From an uncultured Verrucomicrobiae bacterium (GTDB lineage Bacteria; Verrucomicrobiota; Verrucomicrobiia; Chthoniobacterales; Chthoniobacteraceae): a DNA stretch of 64,000 nt. Below the pieces are notes generated by a model. It searched no databases and was not told where the DNA came from. It was given only the letters and a program-made list of their open reading frames with translations. Made by a program: the position numbers and the translations under genes. The DNA lies in the NCBI GenBank assembly GCA_963769025.1, contig CAVYKI010000012.1:224001-288000 (forward strand). Direction: 5' to 3'. This document shows, piece after piece, positions 53,459-63,235 of the stretch (position 1 is its first letter; every line of letters starts with the position of its first letter).

Positions 53459-53703
53459 GCTGCGAGGCGTTTTTGCACGTCGGCCACCATCTTCGCCGGG
53501 GTGGCCCATGCGTCACGGTCGAACTCCGCCGGGGAGATTTCCACGCCGATCTCCGTCTGGAGCGCGACGATGAGCTCCACCGTCTTCATCGAGTCGAGGA
53601 TCTGCAGATCGTAGAGCGCAAGGTCGGGGTTTGTCCGGACTTCCTCGGTGTCGGCGACGCGCGCGAGGACATCGATCACTTGTTCGTTGGTCGCTGTGGC
53701 CAT
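53455..53703 (-). CDS. dltC: D-alanyl carrier protein
   Basis: ILDSM phosphopantetheine Ser; EFDRDAWATP is characteristic of DltC. Confidence 0.93.
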   Translation of the reverse strand: MATATNEQVIDVLARVADTEEVRTNPDLALYDLQILDSMKTVELIVALQTEIGVEISPAEFDRDAWATPAKMVADVQKRLAA

Positions 53704-53736
53704 GGGTATTTGAGGGAATGGCGGGTCACTTTCCCG

Positions 53737-54930
53737 CTAGTGCGATTTCTTCTGTGGCTGGTGGTAGAAATCGTCAAGAACCTTGTTAAAAAGCATCCAC
53801 GCGCGCTCGCCTGGATGGTCGAGTTCGTCCGCAAAAAAGGTCGGGTCATCCTCATACTGGCTGAAGTACACGAGCTGCATTCCGTATTTGGACGCGAGCT
53901 CGTTCAGCCGCTCGCCATATGCCTTTCGCGCGGAAGCGGAGACCCCGGTCGTCTCGAGCGCCGGCCCGTGCAGCGGCATCGAGAGCAGCAGCGCGTCAGC
54001 CCGCATTTCCTTCAAAGTGCGCAACAGCAGCTCGAAATCCTCCCATTCGTCCGCCGCCTTCAGCGTTTTCAGGAAGGCCGCGTCGCGCGAGCCTTTCGGG
54101 AGCTTCGCCATGCGCGGCGCGATGGGTGGGCGCGTCGTCTTTACCTTCACGCTCGTCTTCCGAAGGATCTCCTTCCAATTCAATCCCGGGATGAGGTGCG
54201 GCTTCGGATCCTTCTCCTCGCTGTTCGCTGCGATGCGCAGCCCAGCCTCGATGTGATCCTGCGCGCGGCCCACGTAGTTCGTGAGTTTTCCGAGCGGCCA
54301 GAGCGCTGCGTACAGCGCGCGATCGAGCGTCGTGTCCCCCGCCAGTCGCCGCAGCCCGAACTCCAGCGTCCAGTTTCCCTCGATCGTCTCAGGGTACTCC
54401 ATCATCCGCCGCGCCGCGTCGCGCTTCAGCCCGGGGCCGAGATGCGTGCTGAATGCAAGCTCCCGCGCCTGGAGCACGCTGAAATTCCCCTCGTAGTAAC
54501 CCTGGTTCAGTTTCTCGGTGAAGAAGTAGGTTGGCGAAATCGTGAATGCGACTTTGCGGTCCGCGATATAGTGCCCGACCGATGCGATTTTCTGCATGAT
54601 CGCCAGCGAACTCGTGCCAGGCTTGCCGACCTCGAAGACGCGGAAGCCGGTCGGGAACGGCTCGAAGAAATCCACCGCCTTGGTCGGCACGCGCGGGTCG
54701 CTTCCCAGCTCCGAGCTCCCGTATAGCACGAGCAGATCGGGCTGCGCGAAGGCAGTTTTTTGAAGCGCGACCCCCTGCAGTTTCAGGTCACTGCGTTCGT
54801 TCGTCAGGTTGAGGATAAAGCTCTGCTCGGCCCGCGCGCACAAAAGCACGGCTGCGAGCGCGGAAACCGCGGCGACCCCACCTGCGATGGTGAATGCCTG
54901 AAGATGATGGTGCGTCGTGGGGGCAGTCAC
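53737..54930 (-). CDS. dltD: DltD D-alanyl transfer protein (SGNH-like; start uncertain)
   Basis: N-terminal TM, LYGSSEL, G..GT.SL, ISP.YF, EWEDF.LLL, D..HPG. Confidence 0.88.
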   Translation of the reverse strand: MTAPTTHHHLQAFTIAGGVAAVSALAAVLLCARAEQSFILNLTNERSDLKLQGVALQKTAFAQPDLLVLYGSSELGSDPRVPTKAVDFFEPFPTGFRVFEVGKPGTSSLAIMQKIASVGHYIADRKVAFTISPTYFFTEKLNQGYYEGNFSVLQARELAFSTHLGPGLKRDAARRMMEYPETIEGNWTLEFGLRRLAGDTTLDRALYAALWPLGKLTNYVGRAQDHIEAGLRIAANSEEKDPKPHLIPGLNWKEILRKTSVKVKTTRPPIAPRMAKLPKGSRDAAFLKTLKAADEWEDFELLLRTLKEMRADALLLSMPLHGPALETTGVSASARKAYGERLNELASKYGMQLVYFSQYEDDPTFFADELDHPGERAWMLFNKVLDDFYHQPQKKSH

Positions 54931-55068
54931 GGAGGGAAAATGGAATGGGGCATTAAACTCAACGATGCCGGGTGGAGTCAATCATGCCCCGAAACTCGCA
55001 CGGATGCTTCATGCCGGACCCGCCTTGCGCTGCGAGGCAATACGGTGATACCACCCGCTCCATCCGCC

Positions 55069-56187
55069 GTGCGCATCCTGATCGCTCCCGACAAATTCAA
55101 AGGTTCGCTCTCCGCTCCCGCAGCGGCGCAGGCGATCGCCCACGGCGTGCGGGCTGTGTGGCCTCATGCACACCTCGATTTTGCACCCATCGCCGACGGC
55201 GGCGAGGGTTTTGCCGAATCGCTCGCGGTCGCGCTGGGTGCCAAGTGGGTGACCGCCGCCAGCCAGGACGCCATAGGCCGGCCGATCGAAGCGCGCTACG
55301 CGTGGGTGCCGGAAGAATGCCTCGCAGTCATGGAAATGAGCGAAGCCAGCGGGTTGCACCGGCTAGGGAAAAGCGAACGCGATCCGCGGCGTGCCGACAC
55401 ATTCGGAACCGGGGTGCTGCTCGCGCATGCCGTCGCACGCGGCGCCCGGCGGATTCTCATCGGTCTCGGCGGAAGTGCAACGACGGATGGCGGAGCGGGG
55501 ATGGCGCGCGCGCTCGGTTACCGGTTCCTCGATCACGACGGGCGCGAGTTCCCCGCGCTCCCCGGCACGCTGGCCATGCTCTCCCGCATCGAACGTCCGC
55601 CGGGTCTCCGCTTGCCGGAAATCGTCGCCGCGTGCGATGTGCAAAATCCCCTTCTCGGCGAGCGAGGCACGGCCCGTGTCTATGCACCGCAAAAAGGGGC
55701 GGATCCCGGCACGGTCGAATTTCTCGAAAAATCCCTGTCGCGGCTCGGCGAGATCGCCACCGCATGCCTGGGTTGCGACCATCGTGCCGTCCCCGGAGCC
55801 GGAGCCGCCGGCGGCCTGGGATATGGCTTGCTCACCTTTTGCGGCGCCTCGATCCGCCCCGGATTCGACATGATTGCGGAGACACTGCGCCTCGAAGGGC
55901 GCATCGCCGCGGCGGATCTGGTGATCACCGGCGAAGGACGGATTGACGATCAGACACTCGACGGCAAAGGGCCTGCCGGAGTCGCCGCGCTTGCCCGCAA
56001 AGCCGGAAAGCCCGTGATCGGATTCGCTGGCTCCGTCACAGCCGCGGCGGAAAGCGCAGGGGTTTTCGATGCCATCATCCCCATCGCCGAAGGACCGCTC
56101 ACGATCGACGACGCGATGCGCCAAGCTGCCGTCCTTCTTGAACGCGCTACCTGTCGCGCCATGAGTCTGCTCCGCCTCAGGGTGTGA
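55069..56187 (+). CDS. Glycerate kinase
   Basis: ILIAPDKFKGSL, ADGGEG, GLGGSATTDGGAG, GAAGG, TGEG.ID.QT..GK. Confidence 0.93.
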   Translation: MRILIAPDKFKGSLSAPAAAQAIAHGVRAVWPHAHLDFAPIADGGEGFAESLAVALGAKWVTAASQDAIGRPIEARYAWVPEECLAVMEMSEASGLHRLGKSERDPRRADTFGTGVLLAHAVARGARRILIGLGGSATTDGGAGMARALGYRFLDHDGREFPALPGTLAMLSRIERPPGLRLPEIVAACDVQNPLLGERGTARVYAPQKGADPGTVEFLEKSLSRLGEIATACLGCDHRAVPGAGAAGGLGYGLLTFCGASIRPGFDMIAETLRLEGRIAAADLVITGEGRIDDQTLDGKGPAGVAALARKAGKPVIGFAGSVTAAAESAGVFDAIIPIAEGPLTIDDAMRQAAVLLERATCRAMSLLRLRV

Positions 56188-56293
56188 GCGAGAGCAGCAT
56201 TCCGCTCCGCATGGGTCAGCAGCGACGCCGCGCGGAAATTGCCGTCAGCAACTGCGTGGGATGCCGCGGCTCCGGGCCGCCCGCCTGCAGCTA

Positions 56294-56662
56294 CTACTTA
56301 TCCGACGCAGGAGGCGCGTCGGCAATCTTGATCTGGTAACCGTCGATGATCTTCTTCGCGTCTTCGTCGCCACCCTTGGCGAGATCATTCACGTCCTTCA
56401 TCAGATCCGTGAAGGTCTTCTGCGTTTCCTCCGAAGTCTTCACGAGCGGCTTCCGCTCATCGATGGCCTTCGCGAGCTTTTCGCGATTATCCTTCAGCAC
56501 GGCGATCTGCTTGTCCGCGTTGCTGCTCTGCCACTTCATCGTCTCGGTGGCTGTGCCAACACCCTTGATCTGGCTGAAGAAGAGAACGGAAAGCGCCAGT
56601 GCCACAAGGGCGACTGGAACGTGAATGCTGACGAAGGGGTTCTTGGGTTCCTGGTTTTCCAT
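56294..56662 (-). CDS. Hypothetical protein, TM anchor plus coiled coil
   Basis: One hydrophobic helix then heptad-like charged helix. Confidence 0.75.
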   Translation of the reverse strand: MENQEPKNPFVSIHVPVALVALALSVLFFSQIKGVGTATETMKWQSSNADKQIAVLKDNREKLAKAIDERKPLVKTSEETQKTFTDLMKDVNDLAKGGDEDAKKIIDGYQIKIADAPPASDK

Positions 56663-56691
56663 GGCTTTGGTAAATTGAGGGGTTGAGATGA

Positions 56692-57153
56692 TTACGGACG
56701 GAGCGCGGGTGCTTCGGGGTCAGCCGGCTTGGGCGCTGGCTTCGGTGCCGGGGCGGGGCTGGTGGAACCCTGTTTTGTGCGGAGTTCATCGAGCTGCCTG
56801 TCCATTTCCTTCAGCTGCTCGGCGTTCGGGATGAAGCCTTCGAGTTTCTGCTTCTTCATTGCGTCCCTCAGCTTCTCGTTCTTGTTCTTCGCGACGAAGT
56901 ATCCCATGTCTCGGAGGATTTGCGGCCCGAGCTTCTGCGCGACCTGCGCCCCGGTGTTGATGATTTCGGCCTGGCGCTGATACTCTTGGTTTTGCAGCGT
57001 CACGACTTGCGTGAGGTCCTGGATTTCGGACTGCTTCTTCAGGAGTTCCGCCTGCAGGCTGTTATTCGTCTGGGCTGCGCCGAAGCTGACGATACTTAGG
57101 ATGACTGCCACGAGCGCCAGCAGTGAGGAGAGGAGAAATGGAGCGGTTTTCAT
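56692..57153 (-). CDS. Hypothetical protein, TM/signal plus coiled coil and Pro-rich tail
   Basis: Hydrophobic N-terminus, Gln-rich heptads, PAPAPKPAPKP. Confidence 0.75.
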   Translation of the reverse strand: MKTAPFLLSSLLALVAVILSIVSFGAAQTNNSLQAELLKKQSEIQDLTQVVTLQNQEYQRQAEIINTGAQVAQKLGPQILRDMGYFVAKNKNEKLRDAMKKQKLEGFIPNAEQLKEMDRQLDELRTKQGSTSPAPAPKPAPKPADPEAPALRP

Positions 57154-57237
57154 TAAGGGGCGGGACTTGTTCTGCAAGAAGCTCCATCCGTCAAGGAGGA
57201 ACCCGATGTTTTTATCGCGCGGCGTCTTTCCGTCGGC

Positions 57238-57690
57238 TTACCGGCCTTTCTTCGCGCTCTTCGACATTCGCGGCGTTTGGATCAGATTTCCATTCGCATC
57301 ATACGTGTCTATGTTCACCACGATCGCTTTGCCGTTTCGTACGCTGTAGTTGTAGTTTTTGGTGCCGATGAGATTGTCCTTCGCATCGTAGATGACCTCC
57401 TGGATGACGCGGTCTTCCCCATCCAGCTTATAGGCGCTTTTCTGATAAATGACGCCCTTGGCGTTGTAGAAAATGCCGGACACCGCCTGCAGGCGATCAT
57501 CGAGTTGGTAGACTATTTTGTGCGTCATCCTTCTGCTCGAATCGTAAAAAGTCTCGGTGGATTGCCTCTTTGAAGGATCCGTCAGGCGCGAACTCCCCGA
57601 GCGATCGGGATATTCGCGATTCGTCACCCGGATCGGGGGGACTGCAGATGCGATAGCCGAAAGCGTTAGGAGAATGAGCAGCGGTTTCAT
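57238..57690 (-). CDS. Exported hypothetical protein with YD-like beta-hairpin repeats
   Basis: Signal peptide; repeats FYDSSRR, FYNAKG, IYDAKDN, TYDANGN. Confidence 0.7.
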   Translation of the reverse strand: MKPLLILLTLSAIASAVPPIRVTNREYPDRSGSSRLTDPSKRQSTETFYDSSRRMTHKIVYQLDDRLQAVSGIFYNAKGVIYQKSAYKLDGEDRVIQEVIYDAKDNLIGTKNYNYSVRNGKAIVVNIDTYDANGNLIQTPRMSKSAKKGR

Positions 57691-57705
57691 CGGGGGGCGC
57701 GCCGG

Positions 57706-59986
57706 CTAGTTTTCCGGGACAAGCTGGATGACATCAATCGCGACATTCCCATCCGCAGGCCCATCGCCAACGATCACGACCGCCGGCTTGCCCGGTTCAA
57801 AGCGGAACTTTCCGAGGCTGACAAAACCTTTCTCCATCGGAGCGGCGACCCGCTCGTTTACCATCAGCTTCTTCGCGCCGTCGGCAGACTCGATCGTCAC
57901 GGGCGCCTTGGTCGCACGATTCTCGTGCGGGCTGTAGCTGAGGCGCACCTCGTAGGAGCCCGCCTTCTCAATCTTGAACTCATAGCGCGCCGCCCCGGTT
58001 TCCTTTGCCCCGCGGTAGCGGTAGCCATCTCCATAATAACCCGGCAGCCCGTGCCCCTCGGCCCATTTGCCGGTCAGCTTAGCCTGGCTGTCGTCGAGCA
58101 CCAGACCCGGCAGCGACTTCACCGGAATTCCCGGTGCGGCATCGTGCTTGTCACCCGGAGGGGGCGCGAGCGGCTGATAGTTTGCGGGGAGCGCAGGCGT
58201 GTCGTTCACCGTCGCCCGGCGAGCTGCGCCCGGCAGGCGCATCAGTTCCTGCAGTTCGGTGAAATAGCGTTCATAGATGTCGCGCGGCATCACGTCGCGC
58301 TTCACGCAGAGGCTCGCGGCCTTGCCGACGACTTCGCCGATCATGCCGCCGGTCTTCATCACGCGGACGGTGCCGAGCGCCTCGTGAGTCACGCTCACGT
58401 TTCGGCCGGCCATGAAGAGGTTCTCCACATTCCGCGAGTAGAAGCAGCGGTAAGGCACCGGGTAGCCGTGCTTCCGGTCCACGCCCTTTCCAAAGACCGC
58501 CTTCGAGATGAACGGGTCGTCCTTTGCCACGCCCTTGGCGTACTGCTCCTTGGGATAATGAAGATCGATGTCCCACGTCGTAGGCACGGTCGCATCGGGA
58601 AATTCCTTCTTGCTCACGATGTCATCCTCCGTGAGCAGGACATCACCCATCAGCTGCCGGCTCTCACGCGGCCCGCCGATGTAGGCGACCCACTCGAGCT
58701 TCGCATTCGCATGCTCGGCCTTTGCCGCCACGGTTCTTCATCGCGTTGAACGCACCGTATAGCGCGCGGAAATTCCAGTCGCGCATGTCCTCCAGCCCGA
58801 GGATGGGATGCTTGTTGAATCCGCTCTCCCAAAACCACTGCGCGTGAAAGCGCTGCGGATACGGGAAGTCCTCCATCTCCAGCGGCAGCGCCCACGGGGT
58901 TTCGGGAAATGCGGACGGCTGACCCGTGTCCTTCCACCGCCACATGTTCGACATGCCGAGGTGCTCGGTTTCGCGAATCGTGTGATCCGCCCCTGCGAGC
59001 ACGCCGATCGTCGCATGCCCCGTCGCGTCGCAGAAAAGCCGCCCGGCGAAACGGCGCTTCATGCCGGAGCGCACGTCGAGCGACACCACCGCGGCGATCC
59101 GCTGCTTGTCCTTCATCTCCACGGCGATGACGCGGTTGTTGAAAAACAGCGTGATGTTTTTCTCCGCACGCACGACCGCCTCCTTCTTGGCGTCGCCAAA
59201 TTCCTCATACGTCCCCGGCGACAGCTTCGCGGTGTCCTGGAATTCCTCCACGATCTCGCCGAGGTTCGGATACATCCCGCGCCGCGTGCCGCCCATCGCC
59301 CACACGCGGACTTCGCTCGATCCATTGCCGCCGAGCACCGCGCGATCCTGAACCAGCGCGACCTTGCATCCCATGCGCGCCGCGGAAATCGCCGCCGCCG
59401 TGCCGCCGTAACCGCCGCCGATCACCACGAGATCGAACGTGCCAGCCTCCTCCGGCTTTTCCGGCAGGCCCAGCATGTCGTGCCGCCAGCGATCGTTGGG
59501 GTCATTCGAGTTCGGCGGAGTGAAAGCGGCGTCCTTCGTGAAGAAAATCGCGTCGCACCGCCCGGCAAATCCCGTGAGATCATGCAGCGCGAGCAAAACC
59601 TCCGGCTTTGTGACCTCGACCGTTCCCCCGTTCTGCCAGGCCCACACCTTGCCCTTCGTCCCAAACGTCTCCGCGAGCGGCTTCCCATCCACCATCACCT
59701 GGAATTTTCCCGGCGTGCCGGGCGCATTCCAGCGCGCCACCCAGTCCATCGTGCGTACCCACACGTGATATTTGCCAGTGGCGGGAAATTTCACCGTCGT
59801 GGTCGCATCCTTCACCGGCTCGCCCATGCCGTGCGCAAGCAGGTACGGCGATCCCATGCTGTCGATGAACTGTGTGTCGAGCGACCAGCCTCCGAGGTCG
59901 TGGAAGCTCTCTGCTTCTACAAAAGCCTGGTCGGCTGCGAGGGCGGTGCCGGCGAGAGCGGCGGCTGCGAGGAGGATTCGGATCAT
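57706..59986 (-). CDS. Exported FAD-dependent oxidoreductase with C-terminal CBM/xanthan-lyase-like domain (frameshift near 58730)
   Basis: DLVVIGGGYGG, LGGNGSSE, DATG, RESR.L.G, PYRCFYS.N..NL.MAGR, RVM.T. Confidence 0.88.
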
Positions 59987-60087
59987 GGGAATTTGGGGTC
60001 TTCCGGATCGGTAATGGCAACGCGACGGCGACACAAGCGCGGGTTACGGGCGCAATCGCGGTCCGCGAACCGCATCAGGCGGCGCGG

Positions 60088-60483
60088 CTATTTTCCGCCT
60101 TCGACAGCCTTCTTTGCCGACGCCCATCCGCTGAAGCCCGCCTTCAGATGATAGATCGTCCCGAATTTTTTGAGCGCCGCGATCTTTGGAAGCGCCTGAG
60201 CGCTGCGGCCGCCGGCGGCGCAATGCACAATCACCGGTCCCGACTCCGCAAGCGCTGCGACGCGCTTCTCGAAATCATCCTCGAAAAAATCGACGTTCTT
60301 CGCGCCGGGAATGTGCCCTTTTGCAAATTCCTCGGGCGTCCTCACGTCGAGGACCAGCGGCTTTGAAGCGCCCTTCAAAAGCGCCTCGGCTTCGTCCGGC
60401 GTCACATCCTTGGTCGCGCCCTCAGGCGCGGCGGGCGCGATGGAGAAAAGGGCGCAGAAAAAAATGGCGAGGAACGTTTTCAT
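60088..60483 (-). CDS. Exported rhodanese-like domain protein
   Basis: LDVRTPEEFAKGHIPGA, HCAAGGRS, L.AGF.GW. Confidence 0.92.
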   Translation of the reverse strand: MKTFLAIFFCALFSIAPAAPEGATKDVTPDEAEALLKGASKPLVLDVRTPEEFAKGHIPGAKNVDFFEDDFEKRVAALAESGPVIVHCAAGGRSAQALPKIAALKKFGTIYHLKAGFSGWASAKKAVEGGK

Positions 60484-60606
60484 GCGCCCACTAGACCGTA
60501 TCGTCCCGCCGGAGGCAACCTGCCATGCGTCGAGGAAGAAAATGCCGGAATGGCGGAAAATTCGCTCGCGCATCGCGCCATCCTGCCGTTTTAACGCACC
60601 TCACAA

Positions 60607-61161
60607 ATGGTCCTCGAAATCGTCAAATACGGAAACCCTGTCCTCCGCGCCAAAGGCCTGGAGGTCGGCGAAAACGACGAGCGTGCGAAAAAGCTCGCTG
60701 ACGACATGATTGAGACCATGCGGGCCGCGAATGGCGTCGGCCTCGCAGCGCAGCAGGTGGGCGTCCCCATCCAGCTCACGGTCATCGACGTGAGCGGCGT
60801 CGAGGATCGCCCGAGCGAAATGATCGTGGACGGCAAGAGCGTGGGCATCGCCGACTTCATGCCGCTGATCCTCGTGAATCCCGTCCTCGAACTCGGCAAG
60901 GAGACCGAGGAGGGCGTCGAAGGCTGCCTCAGTTTTCCCGATCTGAGCGGCGACATCGTCCGCGCCTCGTCCGTGAAGGTGAAGGCGAAGAAGCTCGACG
61001 GCTCGCCCATCGAATTCGAGGCGCGCGGGCTCCTCTCACGCGCCGTCCAGCACGAGGTGGATCACCTCAACGGCATCCTGTTCATCGACCGAATGAATTC
61101 GGCCGTGCGGACCTGCCTCGCAGGAAAGCTCAAGCGGCTCCAGAAGCAGTCACGCGCGTAG
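60607..61161 (+). CDS. def: Peptide deformylase
   Basis: GVGLAAQQ, EGCLS, QHEVDHLNG. Confidence 0.97.
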   Translation: MVLEIVKYGNPVLRAKGLEVGENDERAKKLADDMIETMRAANGVGLAAQQVGVPIQLTVIDVSGVEDRPSEMIVDGKSVGIADFMPLILVNPVLELGKETEEGVEGCLSFPDLSGDIVRASSVKVKAKKLDGSPIEFEARGLLSRAVQHEVDHLNGILFIDRMNSAVRTCLAGKLKRLQKQSRA

Positions 61162-61170
61162 GCCGGTCGC

Positions 61171-62295
61171 TCACTCCGCGTCCGCCTCCGGTTCGCGGCG
61201 CGAGTGGATCCACACGCTGTTCACGAGGCCGAAGCTGAACATCAGCATCAGCGCAAATGTGCCGCCGTAACTGATGAGTGGCAGCGGCAGACCGGTGATC
61301 GGCATGAGCGCGATCGTCATGCCGATGTTCTGGTACACGTGGAAAAAGATCTGCGCGGTGATCCCTCCCACGATGAGCACGCCGAACAGGTCGGTCGCCC
61401 GCGCCGCCGTGAGCATGCACGAAATGATCAGCACCCCGAACGCCGCAATGACCCCGAGCCCGCCCAGAAAGCCCCACTGCTCGCCGATGGTCGAAAAGAT
61501 GTAGTCCGTGTGCGCCTCGGCAGACGGGATGAGGCCGAGTTCCAGCTGCGTGTCGGGCGCCTTGAATCCCTTGCCCTTGAGACCCGCGGACCCGATCGCG
61601 ATGAGCGACTGGTTCACGCCGTAGCTCGTGCCGCGCGGGTCCACATCCGGATCCATGAACGTCACGACACGGTCCCGCTGATAGGGCTTCAGCTTAAAAT
61701 TCATCACCAGCGGCAGAATCGTCAACCCGGCGAGTACCACCAAGGCCAGCCAGCGCAGCGGCATCCCGCATAGCCAGAGCATCGTGAGGACCACGGGAAC
61801 CCATACGATGGTCATGCCCATGTCCGGCTGATTGAGGATCAACGCCATCACCGGCGCGACAATGATTCCCGAGCAGGCAATGCGGATCGCCGGATGCCAG
61901 CGACGCGCGTAGCTGAGAAAAAGGGCGAGCGAGAGGATGCCGCCGGCCACCGCGATTTGCGAAGGCTGGAAAACCCCGATCACCGGCAGGCGCAGCCAGC
62001 ACTGGGCATTGTTCACCTTGACCCCCATGCCCGTGTAGGTGAGCGCCACGAGCACGATGCTCACGAGATACATCGGCACCGCCAGCCATTTCACCCAGCG
62101 GTAATCGGTGAGCGTCACCACGAAGAAGATGACCAGCCCGATACCGACCCATTTTGCCTGCTGCTGCCAGTAGCGATCCGCCGGGCGCATGTAGGACGCA
62201 CCGTGGATGAAAAGAATGCCCGCCAGCGCAATGATCAGGACCGCCCCGAAGAGCAGCCAGTTCATCCCGAGCAATTTTCTGAGCAGTGGAGTCAT
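61171..62295 (-). CDS. rodA: SEDS family peptidoglycan polymerase, RodA-like
   Basis: FQPS, QPDMG, YQRDR, QSLIAIGS, HTDYIF, PITGLPLPLISYGG. Confidence 0.85.
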   Translation of the reverse strand: MTPLLRKLLGMNWLLFGAVLIIALAGILFIHGASYMRPADRYWQQQAKWVGIGLVIFFVVTLTDYRWVKWLAVPMYLVSIVLVALTYTGMGVKVNNAQCWLRLPVIGVFQPSQIAVAGGILSLALFLSYARRWHPAIRIACSGIIVAPVMALILNQPDMGMTIVWVPVVLTMLWLCGMPLRWLALVVLAGLTILPLVMNFKLKPYQRDRVVTFMDPDVDPRGTSYGVNQSLIAIGSAGLKGKGFKAPDTQLELGLIPSAEAHTDYIFSTIGEQWGFLGGLGVIAAFGVLIISCMLTAARATDLFGVLIVGGITAQIFFHVYQNIGMTIALMPITGLPLPLISYGGTFALMLMFSFGLVNSVWIHSRREPEADAE

Positions 62296-62310
62296 TGGGG
62301 AAAGGTGGGA

Positions 62311-62385
62311 GTTGAAAGTTGAGGGTTGAGAGCAAAAGGCAACGCGAACCCGGGACCTCTCAACTCTCGACCCTCAACTCTCAAC
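62311..62385. repeat. 7-mer (GTTGAGA/TCTCAAC) inverted repeat element
   Basis: GTTGAAA-GTTGAGG-GTTGAGA versus TCTCAAC-TCTCGAC-CCTCAAC-TCTCAAC. Confidence 0.75.
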
Positions 62386-63169
62386 CAAATTGCGGCACCG
62401 CCGCCAGCAGCGTCTTCGTGTATTCATGCTGCGGGTTCTCGTAGATCTGCTCCGCCGGCGCGCTCTCCACGATCTTCCCGTGATACATCACCAGCACGTG
62501 GTCGCTGATGTGCTCCACCACCGCGAGATCGTGCGCGATGAAAAGATACGTGAGCCCCAACTCGTCCTGCAGATCCTGAAGCAGATTCACGATCTGCGCC
62601 TGCACGCTCACATCCAGCGCGCTCACCGGCTCGTCGCACACGATGAACTCCGGCTTCACCGCCAGCGCCCGCGCGATGCCGATGCGCTGCCGCTGCCCGC
62701 CGCTGAACTCGTGCGGATACCGCTCCATCATTTCCGGCTGCAAGCCGACCTGCCGCAGCAGCTCGGCCACCCGTGCGCGGCGATCCTCGCGCGACATTGC
62801 CGGGAAATGAATCTCCAGCGCCTCGCCGACGATTTGGAAAATCGAAAGCCGCGGATTCAGCGAACCGAACGGGTCCTGGAAAATCATCTGCATCCGCCGG
62901 CGATACGGGCGGAACTCATCCTCGCGCAGCTGCAGCACGTCGCGCCCCTCGAACAGCACCTCGCCCGCCGTCGGCGGCACGAGCTTCAGCAGCGCGCGGC
63001 CGATCGTCGTCTTGCCGCTGCCGCTCTCGCCGACGAGCCCCACCGTCGTGCCCCTCTCGATTTGAAACGACACTTCATCCACCGCCTTCACGTCATCCGT
63101 ATGCCGGCGAAAAACACCGGTGCGGATGGGAAACCAGACCTTGAGGTTGCGGACTTCGAGCAATGGCAC
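62381..63169 (-). CDS. Peptide/nickel ABC transporter ATP-binding protein (OppF/DppF-like)
   Basis: [42 protein letters not shown]. Confidence 0.92.
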   Translation of the reverse strand: MPLLEVRNLKVWFPIRTGVFRRHTDDVKAVDEVSFQIERGTTVGLVGESGSGKTTIGRALLKLVPPTAGEVLFEGRDVLQLREDEFRPYRRRMQMIFQDPFGSLNPRLSIFQIVGEALEIHFPAMSREDRRARVAELLRQVGLQPEMMERYPHEFSGGQRQRIGIARALAVKPEFIVCDEPVSALDVSVQAQIVNLLQDLQDELGLTYLFIAHDLAVVEHISDHVLVMYHGKIVESAPAEQIYENPQHEYTKTLLAAVPQFG

Positions 63170-63235
63170 GCCGCGTGTGTCCGCCGGAGCGCCGCCGGTG
63201 TCAAGAAGCTCGCATGTCATCACGCCATCTTCCCA

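Noticed and set aside
51840..53703. NRPS-like secondary metabolite cluster (adenylation domain plus carrier protein)
   Set aside because: There are no condensation or thioesterase domains, and the DltC/DltB/DltD/DltX signatures explain the locus as Dlt.
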